DNA of 64,000 nucleotides from Candidatus Omnitrophota bacterium (GTDB lineage: Bacteria; Omnitrophota; Gorgyraeia; DTHP01), in the NCBI GenBank assembly GCA_023819145.1, contig JAMWCW010000002.1, forward strand, positions 139,231 through 203,230, given 5' to 3'. The notes beneath the pieces were generated by a model that did no database searches, was not told where the DNA came from, and saw only the letters and a list, made by a program, of their open reading frames with translations. Numbering within the stretch: the first letter of the stretch is position 1; the number at the start of each line of letters is the position of its first letter. A program made the position numbers and the translations under genes. This document shows positions 18,422 through 28,187 of this stretch, piece by piece.

Positions 18422-19295
18422 TTAAAATCTTTTGTTGTTCCCAGAATTCCCTGAACATAAACCATTGCTCGGGATATCTTCTTACATATTGTTCTATAAT
18501 ATCCATAATATCCTGGGTAAGTCTCAAAATATCCTTCTCGTAATCTCCTGAGGGAGTAAATTGAATCGGCTTTTCTAAATAAAGGGTAAAAGTATTGTCT
18601 TTCTCTCTAATGGTAAAACCAGGAACAATTACTGCTCCTGTTCTTAAAGATAAGGTAGCGGGACCACGGGGAACCCGAAAAGGCCTACCTAAGAAATTGA
18701 TTTCCGTCTTATTACCATGGGGACTAAAATCACGATCTCCCAACATCGCTACCATTTCGTTATTCTTCAGTGCCTCAAAACAGCGACGTAAAGCAATACC
18801 TAAGGGAATAACTCTAATCCCTTTTCTCTGTCGCTGATAGATAAATATCTTATTTATACGCGGGTCATTGTGTTCCCAAGCAACTGCATTTACAGGATAT
18901 CCCTTTTGCGCCATAATTATACCGCCAAGCTCCCAATTACCCAAATGCGCAGTAAGCCCCAAAATGCCTTTACCTCTTTTAAAAGCATTGTCCATATTCT
19001 CTAAACCGACGATGCGCACTTTTTCTCTTAAAAAACGCTTGTCTATTAGACCGAACCTAAAAAAGTCTACCAAGTTCTTAGCAAAATTGCGAAAAACTTG
19101 ACGGCTATATTCATCAATATCTTTTTCCTTAATTCCTATAATTTTTAGATTATGCCTTAAAGCTTTGCGTTCTCTACAGTAAAAGATGTAATAAATATCT
19201 GCAATAAAAGAAGCAATTCTATAAGCACAACCGCGTGGCAACCCGATACTTAAATCTTGAGCCAGTCTATAAAAAAAATATTGATTTTTCATCAC
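18414..19295 (-). CDS. lysophospholipid/lipid A-type acyltransferase (LPLAT, LpxL/HtrB-like family)
   Basis: 293 aa. Family-typical layout (N-terminal hydrophobic segment, ...GKGILGLTAHLGNWELGG...). Overlaps gpsA and the upstream GT gene (ATGA junction). Confidence 0.6.
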   Translation of the reverse strand: MMKNQYFFYRLAQDLSIGLPRGCAYRIASFIADIYYIFYCRERKALRHNLKIIGIKEKDIDEYSRQVFRNFAKNLVDFFRFGLIDKRFLREKVRIVGLENMDNAFKRGKGILGLTAHLGNWELGGIIMAQKGYPVNAVAWEHNDPRINKIFIYQRQRKGIRVIPLGIALRRCFEALKNNEMVAMLGDRDFSPHGNKTEINFLGRPFRVPRGPATLSLRTGAVIVPGFTIREKDNTFTLYLEKPIQFTPSGDYEKDILRLTQDIMDIIEQYVRRYPEQWFMFREFWEQQKILNV

Positions 19296-20422
19296 TACAA
19301 AGCGTTCTCAATAATCAATTTCGCTATTTGCAATGAAGAGTCGGGATAACCATAGCGAATAGCCTCACGATGCATTTGTTCTAATTTTAAAGGATTAGTA
19401 AGTAATTCTCTAAGCAGTATCCCCACTTCCAACTCATCATTTGCCTTAAGGGCAACATTCGCCTTAAGCAAAAAATCGGTATTTTTTGCCTCCTGTCCAG
19501 GAAGTGGACGGATAATAACCATAGGAATTCCTTTTGCCAGCGCTTCTGCGGTAGTCAACCCTCCTGGTTTCGTGATGAGGACAGTAGATATCTCCATTAG
19601 CTCGTCAATATTGTCTATATAGCCTAAAATAAGCAAGGGTTTTTTAACATTTCTTTTCCTTAGGGAAAGTTTTTTGTAAAGAAATTTGTTCCTACCACAA
19701 ATAACTACCATCTGTAAAGGAGTGGGGAGATGAGAAATTATATTTACTATTTTATTTATGGGCCCTAACCCTTGACTCCCACCCATAATAAGTATAACGG
19801 GTAATTGTGGATTAAGATTTAACTTCTCAAAAATTTTACTCTTGTCTTTTTCTTTTCTAAATTCAGGAGCCACCGGAATGCCCAATATCCTTATTCTTTC
19901 TCCAGGTACCCCTTCACTTTTTAAACGATGAGCAGTATCTTCTGAAGGAACAACATAGAAATCTACTGAATCATACAACCAATAGGAATGAGCAACGTAA
20001 TCCGTCAAAACCCCAATCAGAGAGGTATTAAAACCATAGGTTTTTTTATAATCTGCAATCATACCACAAGGAAAAGCCTGTGTACAAACCACTGCATGGG
20101 GACGGAAATCTTCCAAGAGAATTTTTAGTTTCCCAGAATTAAAACGGTGAATAATCTCTCTAAATTTCTGGGTGTTTTTCACAATTTTAGGGTTATCGTA
20201 AAGATAATCCCAAACTTCGGGCTTGTTTTTTATCAACGACATATATGTGCGGTTAATAATCCGTGCAAGTATGGGATTAGTGTAGGTAAAAGCATCAATA
20301 TTAAATATCTCAACCTTATCAGAAGTAAATTCACGCAAGGCCTTCTCAATTGCAAGACTTGCGCGGTGGTGCCCAGAATTGGGAGTAATGTACATTAAAA
20401 GAATTCTCTTCTTATTCATCAC
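19295..20422 (-). CDS. diacylglycerol glycosyltransferase (GT28, MGDG synthase/UgtP-like)
   Basis: 375 aa. N-terminal ILLMYITPNSGHHRASLAIEKAL resembles the MGDG-synthase N-domain (GGHxxAAxAL). C-terminal GT-B fold. Confidence 0.65.
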   Translation of the reverse strand: MMNKKRILLMYITPNSGHHRASLAIEKALREFTSDKVEIFNIDAFTYTNPILARIINRTYMSLIKNKPEVWDYLYDNPKIVKNTQKFREIIHRFNSGKLKILLEDFRPHAVVCTQAFPCGMIADYKKTYGFNTSLIGVLTDYVAHSYWLYDSVDFYVVPSEDTAHRLKSEGVPGERIRILGIPVAPEFRKEKDKSKIFEKLNLNPQLPVILIMGGSQGLGPINKIVNIISHLPTPLQMVVICGRNKFLYKKLSLRKRNVKKPLLILGYIDNIDELMEISTVLITKPGGLTTAEALAKGIPMVIIRPLPGQEAKNTDFLLKANVALKANDELEVGILLRELLTNPLKLEQMHREAIRYGYPDSSLQIAKLIIENAL

Positions 20423-20652
20423 TATTCAATAATAGCCAAAAGATCACCAACTTTAACAATTTCTCCTACGTTGGCATAAATTTTTTTTAATATTCCTGAA
20501 CAAGGTGTAGGCAAATTAAAAGTCGTCTTCTCTGTAGCCAGCTCCACTAAATCTACCCCCTCTTCAACATGTTCTCCTTCTTCAAAATACCAGTAAGAGA
20601 TAGTTGCTTGTGTGATTCCTTCTCCCAATTCAGGTAAGATTATTTCAGGCAT
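20422..20652 (-). CDS. stand-alone lipoyl-attachment domain protein
   Basis: 76 aa. LELATEKTTFNLPTPCSGILKKIYANVGEIVKVGDLLAIIE matches the E2 lipoyl-domain core (lipoyl-Lys in TEK). No AMKM biotin motif. Confidence 0.6.
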   Translation of the reverse strand: MPEIILPELGEGITQATISYWYFEEGEHVEEGVDLVELATEKTTFNLPTPCSGILKKIYANVGEIVKVGDLLAIIE

Positions 20653-20683
20653 TCTATCCTCCTTTTTTAAAAAACAAAAATAT

Positions 20684-21556
20684 TCAGATGCTTCTAAATT
20701 TATCCTTTATTGCTGTAAAAATCTCTTCCGCCAAATAAGAACTCCTTACAAAAGGACCTGCTAGAACATATTTAAAACCAATTCCCTCGGCAATTTCTCG
20801 ATAGTAACTAAATGTTTGGGGATTAATATACTCCTTAACTTCTAAACTGTTTTCTCCTGGTCTTAGATATTGTCCCAACGTAAGAATATCCACTCCTATT
20901 TTAGATAAATCATTCATTACTCGCTTCACTTCCTTTTTCTTTTCCCCCAAACCTAATATAAGACCGGATTTAGTTAAACTACCAAATTTTTTCGCTATTT
21001 TCAAGACTTTCAATGAGGTATGATAGTTTGCATCTGGTCTTATTTGGGGATAGAGACGGGGAACGGTTTCGATATTGTGATTGAGCACATCTAAACCACT
21101 TTTTACAACCAATTCAATAAGTGCCTCTTTACTCCCAAAATCGGGAATTAATGCCTCTACGACAACCGAGGGCTGTAGAAATTTCATCCTCCTAATTATC
21201 CGTGCAAAATGCTCTGCGCCTTTATCGGGTAAGTCATCACGACTGACCGAGGTAAGCACAAGATGTTTTATTCCTAAACAAATGACTGCCTGACAAATAT
21301 TGTCCACTTCTTCTTCGTAAAATAAGATGGGCTTACCTTTTTTAACAAAACAGAAACGACAATTCCTGGTGCATTTATTTCCTAAAATAAGGAGAGTGAA
21401 TCTTTTCTTAGAGAAACACTCACTCATATTTGGACAACGTGCCTCTTCACAAACAGTCCTTAAATTAAACTTTCTTAAAATTAGTCTAACCTGATTAAAT
21501 TCTCTCGTATTGTAAAAACGTTTGACCAGCCAATGAGGATACTGGCAAAATTTCAT
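20684..21556 (-). CDS. lipA: lipoyl synthase (radical SAM)
   Basis: 290 aa. Auxiliary-cluster motif CEEARCPNMSEC. Radical-SAM CTRNCRFC. Confidence 0.9.
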   Translation of the reverse strand: MKFCQYPHWLVKRFYNTREFNQVRLILRKFNLRTVCEEARCPNMSECFSKKRFTLLILGNKCTRNCRFCFVKKGKPILFYEEEVDNICQAVICLGIKHLVLTSVSRDDLPDKGAEHFARIIRRMKFLQPSVVVEALIPDFGSKEALIELVVKSGLDVLNHNIETVPRLYPQIRPDANYHTSLKVLKIAKKFGSLTKSGLILGLGEKKKEVKRVMNDLSKIGVDILTLGQYLRPGENSLEVKEYINPQTFSYYREIAEGIGFKYVLAGPFVRSSYLAEEIFTAIKDKFRSI

Positions 21557-22199
21557 AACTAAACCTTTCCTTTCTCATCAAATTTATCAAAGCCATTAAT
21601 AGGTTTTTTTTCATCACCTCTTCAGAAGAAAGATTCTTAATCTCTTCTTTTAGAGAAGTAACTTTGAGATTTTTTATTCCACAAGGAATTATATATTCAA
21701 AGAGTTTTAAATCAGGATTGATATTAATACTTAATCCGTGAAAAGTAACCCATCTACTTATGCCAATGCCGATAAAACTAATTTTTTTCTCTCCTATCCA
21801 AACACCGGGTAGCTTCCTATCAACTGTTGCTTTAAGTTTAAAACAATCCAGGAAATCTACGACCCAATTTTGCAAAAATTTAAGATAAAAACTAATATCT
21901 TTTTTCCAGTTCTCTAAATTCCAAATAGGATAAATTACCCATTGGCCGGGAAGATGCAAGGTAACTCCTCCACCCCGATTAAGAGTGTAAATATCAATCC
22001 CCCTTTCTTCTAATGTCTTCTTAGCAACAAGAATATCGGTTTCTTTAGCATTTCTGCCCAGTGTAATCACCGGATAAAATTGGCTGAATAAAACAACATC
22101 TCCACACAAACTATCTTTTCTTTTTTTTAAGAAATCCTCCTGGATTGATTGAACTTCATTAAATTTTCTTAGACCCAAATCAATAAAATTTATCTTCAT
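21495..22199 (-). CDS. lipB: octanoyl-[ACP]:protein N-octanoyltransferase
   Basis: 234 aa. LipB/LplA-type fold (...VITLGRNAKETDIL...). C-terminus overlaps the lipA start by about 60 nt. Confidence 0.8.
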   Translation of the reverse strand: MKINFIDLGLRKFNEVQSIQEDFLKKRKDSLCGDVVLFSQFYPVITLGRNAKETDILVAKKTLEERGIDIYTLNRGGGVTLHLPGQWVIYPIWNLENWKKDISFYLKFLQNWVVDFLDCFKLKATVDRKLPGVWIGEKKISFIGIGISRWVTFHGLSININPDLKLFEYIIPCGIKNLKVTSLKEEIKNLSSEEVMKKNLLMALINLMRKERFSYEILPVSSLAGQTFLQYERI

Positions 22200-23569
22200 A
22201 CCAGATGTAGAGAAAAGTTCAAAGAAGCAAGAATTGTCTCGGGGACTATTTCAGAAAAAGTGGGATGGGGATGAATGGTTTCTAAAATGTCTTTAATTTT
22301 AATCCTGTTCTTAATCGCAAGTACCAATTCAGAAATAATATTTGTAACATCAGGGCCAATAGCCTGAGCACCCAAAATAATATTTTCTTTTTTATCAACT
22401 ACTAATTTCAAAAAACCCTCCGTTTCTCCACTAGCATGGGACTTTCCTAATGCACGAAAAGGAAACTTTCCAACGCTGTAATCAAAATTCATCTTCTTTA
22501 AATCACTTTCTTTAATCCCTACGCTAGCAATCTCGGGAAAAGTATAAATACAGTTTGGTGCTATTTTATAATCAATCTTTATGTTTTTACCTTCAATATT
22601 CTCAACAACCCTTTCTCCCTGAAACATAGCTACATGAGCCAGCAGAACCTCGCCAATTACATCACCAACAGCAAAGATGTTTGGGACACTTGTTCTTAAA
22701 TAATCATCTGTAACAATCCATCCTTTCCTTAAATAAACTCCTAATTCTTCAAGCCCCAGATTGCGAGAGTTTGGAATCCTTCCCACAGCTACGAGTATTT
22801 TTTCCGCCTCAATACTTTTGCCATCAGAAAGAGATACTTTAACCTCTTCCTTTCCGAAATTAACTTCCTCTATTTTCCGTCCAGTAAAAATATTGATCCC
22901 TCTTTTCTTAAAACTTAATTCTAAAGCATGAGATATTTCCCAATCTTCATGAGGAAGAATATTCTCTAATAATTCCACTATTGTAACCTTTACTCCCAGA
23001 GAATTAAATAAAGAACCAAATTCACAACCTATGGCTCCTCCCCCCACGATAATAAGAGAAGAAAACAAACTACCTTTCTCCAAAATATCATCACTTGAAA
23101 GAATTGTTTTATGGTCAAATTTTAAATGGGGTAACTCGAGAGGCAAAGAGCCCGTGGCAAGAATAATGTTTTTTGCTTTTACCTCCTCCGAACACTCTTC
23201 TATCGCTATCGTTTCCTCGTTAACCAGTCTTGCTCTTCCTTTAATCAAATCTACTCCTTTTAATTTAAAAAGATACTCTATGCCTTTACGCAAATTGTCA
23301 ACTACACGTTCTTTACGCTCCCATATTTTTGCGTTTTCTACTTCAAATTGATTGACCTTTATCCCAAATTCATCTGCTTTGCGAAGAGAGTCAATCTGAC
23401 GGGCGGATTCCAAAAGGGTTTTCGTGGGGATGCAACCAAGATTAAGGCAAACTCCTCCTACCTTATCTTGCTCAATAACTGCGGTTTTAAAACCCTTCTG
23501 CGCTGAACGCAAACCCGCTACATATCCCCCTGGTCCTGACCCAATAACAACAACATCGTATCCCTGCAT
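22196..23569 (-). CDS. lpdA: dihydrolipoyl dehydrogenase (E3)
   Basis: 457 aa. FAD-binding GSGPGGY. Redox-active disulfide GGVCLNLGCIPTK. C-terminal HPHPTFSE dimerisation motif. Confidence 0.9.
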   Translation of the reverse strand: MQGYDVVVIGSGPGGYVAGLRSAQKGFKTAVIEQDKVGGVCLNLGCIPTKTLLESARQIDSLRKADEFGIKVNQFEVENAKIWERKERVVDNLRKGIEYLFKLKGVDLIKGRARLVNEETIAIEECSEEVKAKNIILATGSLPLELPHLKFDHKTILSSDDILEKGSLFSSLIIVGGGAIGCEFGSLFNSLGVKVTIVELLENILPHEDWEISHALELSFKKRGINIFTGRKIEEVNFGKEEVKVSLSDGKSIEAEKILVAVGRIPNSRNLGLEELGVYLRKGWIVTDDYLRTSVPNIFAVGDVIGEVLLAHVAMFQGERVVENIEGKNIKIDYKIAPNCIYTFPEIASVGIKESDLKKMNFDYSVGKFPFRALGKSHASGETEGFLKLVVDKKENIILGAQAIGPDVTNIISELVLAIKNRIKIKDILETIHPHPTFSEIVPETILASLNFSLHLV

Positions 23570-23587
23570 AACTAAGTTGTTAAACTA

Positions 23588-24517
23588 CTAAATTGATAAT
23601 TTTTGTATAGAAAAGCGAATTTCTTCTGCCTGTTCTTGAAGTAATTTTTTTTCTTCAAAAGTTAAATCCAATTCAATTATTTCCTCAATTCCCTTCCTCC
23701 CAATCCTTGCTAAATTGCCTAAGGTAACATCCTTTAAACCATAATAACCGTCCAAATAACAACAAACAGGCATAATCTCTTTTTTATCTTTGACAATTGC
23801 TTCAACCATCCTCATAACTCCAGCAGAAGGAGCAAAAAAAGCACTGCCTCCTTTAAGTAATCCTACAATCTCCGAACCGCGTCTTCTTGTTCTTTCTTCT
23901 GCAGTTTTTAAATCTTCAGTTCTTAAGATATTAATTATCCCCTTCTTCTTATACCTACAGAAACGCGAAAGAAGAAGCATTTTATCTGAATGGCTACCTA
24001 AAACTACACTTTTTATATCTCGAGGTGGAGTCTTTATAAAATCTGCTAATTGGACAGAAAACCGTGCAGAATCTAATACCCCTGCCATTCCCATTACCCG
24101 TGTTGAGGAAAAACCGCTTAATTTTAGAGTAAGATGCGTAAGAATGTCAAGGGGATTGGTTACGACGATGATGATAGAATTTTTTGCATACTCTTTTATT
24201 CCGGATACTGCTTCCTTAATTACCTGGGCATTCTTTTCCAGAAGTTCCTCTCGGGCCATCCCTGGTTTGCGCGTAAACCCTGCGGTAATTATCACAATAT
24301 CTGAATCTTTTATGTTTGCGTAATCTCCCGTTGCAGTAACTTTTGCTCTATAGCCCATAATCGCACCTGCATCCGTTAAATCAAAAGCCTTTGCTTTCGC
24401 TAAATCTTCTTGGATATCTAATAAAACAACATCTGCTAAATCAAGTTCCAAAATACGCATTGCGGTTTGTGCCCCTACATTACCTGCGCCGATAATTGAA
24501 ATTTTTGTCTTTTCCAT
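23588..24517 (-). CDS. mdh: malate dehydrogenase (LDH-like MDH family)
   Basis: 309 aa. KISIIGAGNVGAQTA Rossmann motif. Substrate-specificity Arg in ITAGFTRKPGMAREELL (R rather than Q favours malate over lactate). Confidence 0.75.
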   Translation of the reverse strand: MEKTKISIIGAGNVGAQTAMRILELDLADVVLLDIQEDLAKAKAFDLTDAGAIMGYRAKVTATGDYANIKDSDIVIITAGFTRKPGMAREELLEKNAQVIKEAVSGIKEYAKNSIIIVVTNPLDILTHLTLKLSGFSSTRVMGMAGVLDSARFSVQLADFIKTPPRDIKSVVLGSHSDKMLLLSRFCRYKKKGIINILRTEDLKTAEERTRRRGSEIVGLLKGGSAFFAPSAGVMRMVEAIVKDKKEIMPVCCYLDGYYGLKDVTLGNLARIGRKGIEEIIELDLTFEEKKLLQEQAEEIRFSIQKLSI

Positions 24518-24592
24518 CGTAAATTATTAAATTATTTCTAATAGAGGAATTTTAACATAAAGGAATCGGGATGGTCAAGGAAATTGGATGAA

Positions 24593-25681
24593 TTATTTGA
24601 TAGCTCGGCAAATTGCTTCCGCCATCTGCAGTGTACCTACAGCAGTAGGGTCATTCCGCTGAGGTTTTAAGTCATAGGTTACAAACTTTCCTTCCTTAAT
24701 AACTTTGGCTACTGCCTGTTCCAATTTTGACGCAGCTTCCATTTCTCCTAAGTACCTAAGCATTAATACTCCCGAAAGGATAGTCGCACTAGGATTTATC
24801 TTATTCTGACCAGTGTATTTAGGAGCACTACCATGAACGGGTTCAAAAAGAGCAATACCCTCTCCGATATTGGCTCCCGGAGCCAACCCTAAACCACCCA
24901 CAAGCCCTGCACATAAGTCAGAGATAATATCTCCATAAAGATTAGGTAAAACCAGAATATCAAAATTTTCCGGTCTTTGAACAAGCTGCATGGCAAGATT
25001 ATCCACAATGACAGAATCAAAATCAACCTTTCCTTTATATTCTTGGGACAATTCTTCTGCTGTTTTTAAGAAAAGACCGTCAGTAAATTTCATAATATTT
25101 GCTTTATGTACACAGGTAACTTTTCTGCGTTTATTCTGTAGAGCATATTCAAAAGCAAAACGCACAATACGTCTAGAGGCAAAACGGGAAATAGGTTTTA
25201 TGCTTATCCCGGAATCAAATCTTATTCTTTTCTTTGTAAATTTTTCTATCTCTTCAATCAATTTTATGGTTTCTTCATCCCCTTCTTTAAGTTCTATACC
25301 GGCATATAAGTCTTCGCTATTTTCCCGAATTATCACTAAATCAATCCCTAAATCCTTATAATACGTTCTTACTCCTGGATATGATTTGCAAGGTCTTATA
25401 CAGGCAAATAGGTTGAGTTCTTGTCTCAAAACAACATTTACCGACCGAAAACCACTACCTACAGGTGTAGTGATAGGACCTTTTAGAGCAACTTTGTTCT
25501 TGCGTACAGATTCTAAAACTGCTTTTGGAAGCGGGGTGCCATACTTCGCTATCGCTTTTTCTCCTGCAACGTGTTCCTCCCAATCAATTTTAACTCCGGT
25601 GGCAGAAATACACATCTTCGCCGCAGAAATTACTTCTGGACCTATGCCATCTCCCGGAATTAAAGTAACCTTGTAGGACAT
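24593..25681 (-). CDS. isocitrate/isopropylmalate dehydrogenase family enzyme (NAD-ICDH/homoisocitrate-DH-like)
   Basis: 362 aa. [51 protein letters not shown] family motifs. The GPxTTP pattern is closer to ICDH/HICDH than to classical LeuB. Confidence 0.7.
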   Translation of the reverse strand: MSYKVTLIPGDGIGPEVISAAKMCISATGVKIDWEEHVAGEKAIAKYGTPLPKAVLESVRKNKVALKGPITTPVGSGFRSVNVVLRQELNLFACIRPCKSYPGVRTYYKDLGIDLVIIRENSEDLYAGIELKEGDEETIKLIEEIEKFTKKRIRFDSGISIKPISRFASRRIVRFAFEYALQNKRRKVTCVHKANIMKFTDGLFLKTAEELSQEYKGKVDFDSVIVDNLAMQLVQRPENFDILVLPNLYGDIISDLCAGLVGGLGLAPGANIGEGIALFEPVHGSAPKYTGQNKINPSATILSGVLMLRYLGEMEAASKLEQAVAKVIKEGKFVTYDLKPQRNDPTAVGTLQMAEAICRAIK

Positions 25682-25776
25682 ATTTAAAAAAAATAAAAGT
25701 GCCGCCTCCTAACTTTGGAACAAATTCTAATTAAATAAATTTAGAATTTCAATATTTGGCTTTCGAATTTTATCTA

Positions 25777-26259
25777 TTATATTTTGTGTTTTTTAAAATA
25801 TTCTATCGCTCCCCCTGCTCTAAGAATCTCCTGCATCAAAGAGGGCAAAGGTTTTATATCTATCACTATATCTTTAGTAATATTCCTTATTTTATTACTC
25901 TCTAAATCTATTTCTAATTCATCGCTATCATCTATTCTTGAGGTATCCGCTTCAATAAGCATAAGCCCTAAATTTATGGCATTGCGGTAAAAAATCCGTG
26001 CAAAACTCTTGGCAAGCACCGCCTTAACACCACTTACCTTTATGGCTAAAGGAGCCTGTTCCCGAGAAGAACCACAACCAAAATTCCTCCCTGCAACAAC
26101 AAAATCTCCATCTTTAATCTTCTGAAAAAAACCGGGGGAAATATCCTCAAATATATGTTTTGCCAATTCCTTTGGGTCGGTAATAGAAAATTTATACCTT
26201 CCTGAGATGATATAATCAGTGTTTATATCATTGCCAAATTTATGTGCTTTTCCCTGCAT
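25777..26259 (-). CDS. leuD: 3-isopropylmalate/homoaconitate dehydratase small subunit (LeuD-like, archaeal-type short form)
   Basis: 160 aa. [21 protein letters not shown] is typical of the LeuD/aconitase swivel domain. Confidence 0.8.
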   Translation of the reverse strand: MQGKAHKFGNDINTDYIISGRYKFSITDPKELAKHIFEDISPGFFQKIKDGDFVVAGRNFGCGSSREQAPLAIKVSGVKAVLAKSFARIFYRNAINLGLMLIEADTSRIDDSDELEIDLESNKIRNITKDIVIDIKPLPSLMQEILRAGGAIEYFKKHKI

Positions 26260-26263
26260 ATTA

Positions 26264-27517
26264 TTAAAGATACTTTCTTGGATCGGTGATTTTCCCTTCT
26301 ATTGCAGAAGCAGTAACCGTTGCCGGAGAAGCCAAGTATATCTCTGCATTGGGATTTCCCATCCTTCCTTTAAAATTCCTATTGGCGGTGGAGATAATCA
26401 CTTCATTATCTGCAGGAACTCCTGCATGGGTACCCACACAAGGACCGCAACCCGGAGAAATAACTACTGCCCCTGCTTTAATAAACACTTCTATTATCCC
26501 TTTATTCAATGCTTCTAGGAATACTCTCTTCGAGGCAGGAGCTACAATAAATCTAACTTCGGGATGAATTTTCTTGTTTCTTAAAATTTTTGCAGAAATT
26601 TCTAAATCTTCTAATCTACCATTGGTGCAGGTACCTAAAAAAGCTTGATTAATAACTGTACCTTTTACTACTGAAATAGGCTTGACATTATCTACGCTAT
26701 GAGGACAAGCAACCTGTGGCTCAATTTTAGAAATATCAAATTCTTTCACTTCGAGGTATTTTGCATCTTTATCGGGTAAAACAGGATTCAATTTCTTCTT
26801 GGTTTTATCTTTAAGCCAATTTTCTGTCTTTTTGTCAAAAAGCATAATCCCTGCCTTTGCCCCTATCTCCACGGACATATTGGCAATGGTAAAACGGCCA
26901 TCCATGCTTAACCCGCTTATTACATTACCCGTATACTCCACTGCCCTATAGTTAGCATAATCTGCTTTAACCTTACCAATAATATATAAAATAACATCCT
27001 TAGCAAAGCAACCAAAAGAAAGGTTGCCCTCAACAATGAATTTTATGGACTCAGGCACTAGGAACCAGTTCTTTCCATACGCTAAAATTATGGCGATGTC
27101 AGTGGATCCCATTCCAGAGGCAAAGGCATTCAATGCTCCATAGGTACAGGTGTGAGAATCCGCTCCACAAACTAAACCACCTGGCATGACAAAACCACTT
27201 TCGGGTATAACCTGATGGCAAATCCCTTCGCCGATATTATAAAGCCGTATTCTTTTTCCGTCACAAAAATTACGCATTACATTATGAATTTCAGAAATCT
27301 TCTGATTCGGGCTGGGAGAACTATGGTCTATGACCATCGCAAAAGCCCTATTCTTGGCAGGAGATTCTTTTCCTAATGAATTGAACTTCTCTATAACAAG
27401 AAGAGATGTTCCATCCTGGCTAAAAGAAAAATCAACATCTGCTATAACAATATCGCCGGATTTAACATTTTTTCTACTATGGCGTGAAAATATCTTCTCG
27501 CTTATTGTTTGACCCAT
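26264..27517 (-). CDS. leuC: 3-isopropylmalate/homoaconitate dehydratase large subunit (LeuC-like, aconitase family)
   Basis: 417 aa. Aconitase-family Fe-S ligands (...GCGPCVG...). Short-form LeuC length. Confidence 0.8.
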   Translation of the reverse strand: MGQTISEKIFSRHSRKNVKSGDIVIADVDFSFSQDGTSLLVIEKFNSLGKESPAKNRAFAMVIDHSSPSPNQKISEIHNVMRNFCDGKRIRLYNIGEGICHQVIPESGFVMPGGLVCGADSHTCTYGALNAFASGMGSTDIAIILAYGKNWFLVPESIKFIVEGNLSFGCFAKDVILYIIGKVKADYANYRAVEYTGNVISGLSMDGRFTIANMSVEIGAKAGIMLFDKKTENWLKDKTKKKLNPVLPDKDAKYLEVKEFDISKIEPQVACPHSVDNVKPISVVKGTVINQAFLGTCTNGRLEDLEISAKILRNKKIHPEVRFIVAPASKRVFLEALNKGIIEVFIKAGAVVISPGCGPCVGTHAGVPADNEVIISTANRNFKGRMGNPNAEIYLASPATVTASAIEGKITDPRKYL

Positions 27518-27545
27518 TTAAATTTCAAAGAAAAATTTATAGAGT

Positions 27546-28187
27546 TTAAAGCTCTTTTTTATCTTTTTTTCTTTTAAACAGACTTCGAATTCCTTCCAAG
27601 AAACTCTTGGGTTTCTCTTCTCGAAGAGCTGGGGCAGGTTCTTCTTTTTTAATCTCTTTTATCTCTTTTTCTTTCTGAATTGGTTTAACTTCTTTCTTAG
27701 GTAATACTTCCTTATCTTTTTCTGCCTCTTGAGGAGAAATTTCTTTTTCTAATCTCTCCTCTTTTTCTCTCTTTAAATCGGCTGTGGCTTTCTTCTTTTT
27801 CTTAGGAGGCATCTTCTTTTTCTCTTTTGGTTTTTGGATGGTTAATTCAATAATCGCTAAGGGAGCACCGTCTCCTCTTCTGTTTTTATAGTGAACAATG
27901 CGTGTAAATCCAGAATCGACGTCTTTGAAACGAGGAGCAATGTCTTTAAACAACTTATCTACCAAATCTCTATCCTGTAAGATTCTGAAGGCAGAGCGTT
28001 TGCTGTTAAAATCATTCTTCTTACCCAACTTTATAAGTTCATCAAAAATACGCCGGCTTTCTTTAGCCTTGGTTAAAGTAGTAGTTATCTTTTCACAACT
28101 GAAAAAAGCCCTCGCCATACTCCGTAATAAAGCCTTCCTACTACTGCCAAAACGAGAAAGACGACGATGTTTTTTTCTGTGTCTCAT
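27546..28187 (-). CDS. rplQ: 50S ribosomal protein L17 with about 95-aa Lys/Glu-rich C-terminal extension
   Basis: N-terminal MRHRKKHRRLSRFGSSRKALLRSMA... is canonical L17 (about 120 aa). Residues about 120-213 are low-complexity KKEKE-rich. Confidence 0.85.
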   Translation of the reverse strand: MRHRKKHRRLSRFGSSRKALLRSMARAFFSCEKITTTLTKAKESRRIFDELIKLGKKNDFNSKRSAFRILQDRDLVDKLFKDIAPRFKDVDSGFTRIVHYKNRRGDGAPLAIIELTIQKPKEKKKMPPKKKKKATADLKREKEERLEKEISPQEAEKDKEVLPKKEVKPIQKEKEIKEIKKEEPAPALREEKPKSFLEGIRSLFKRKKDKKEL

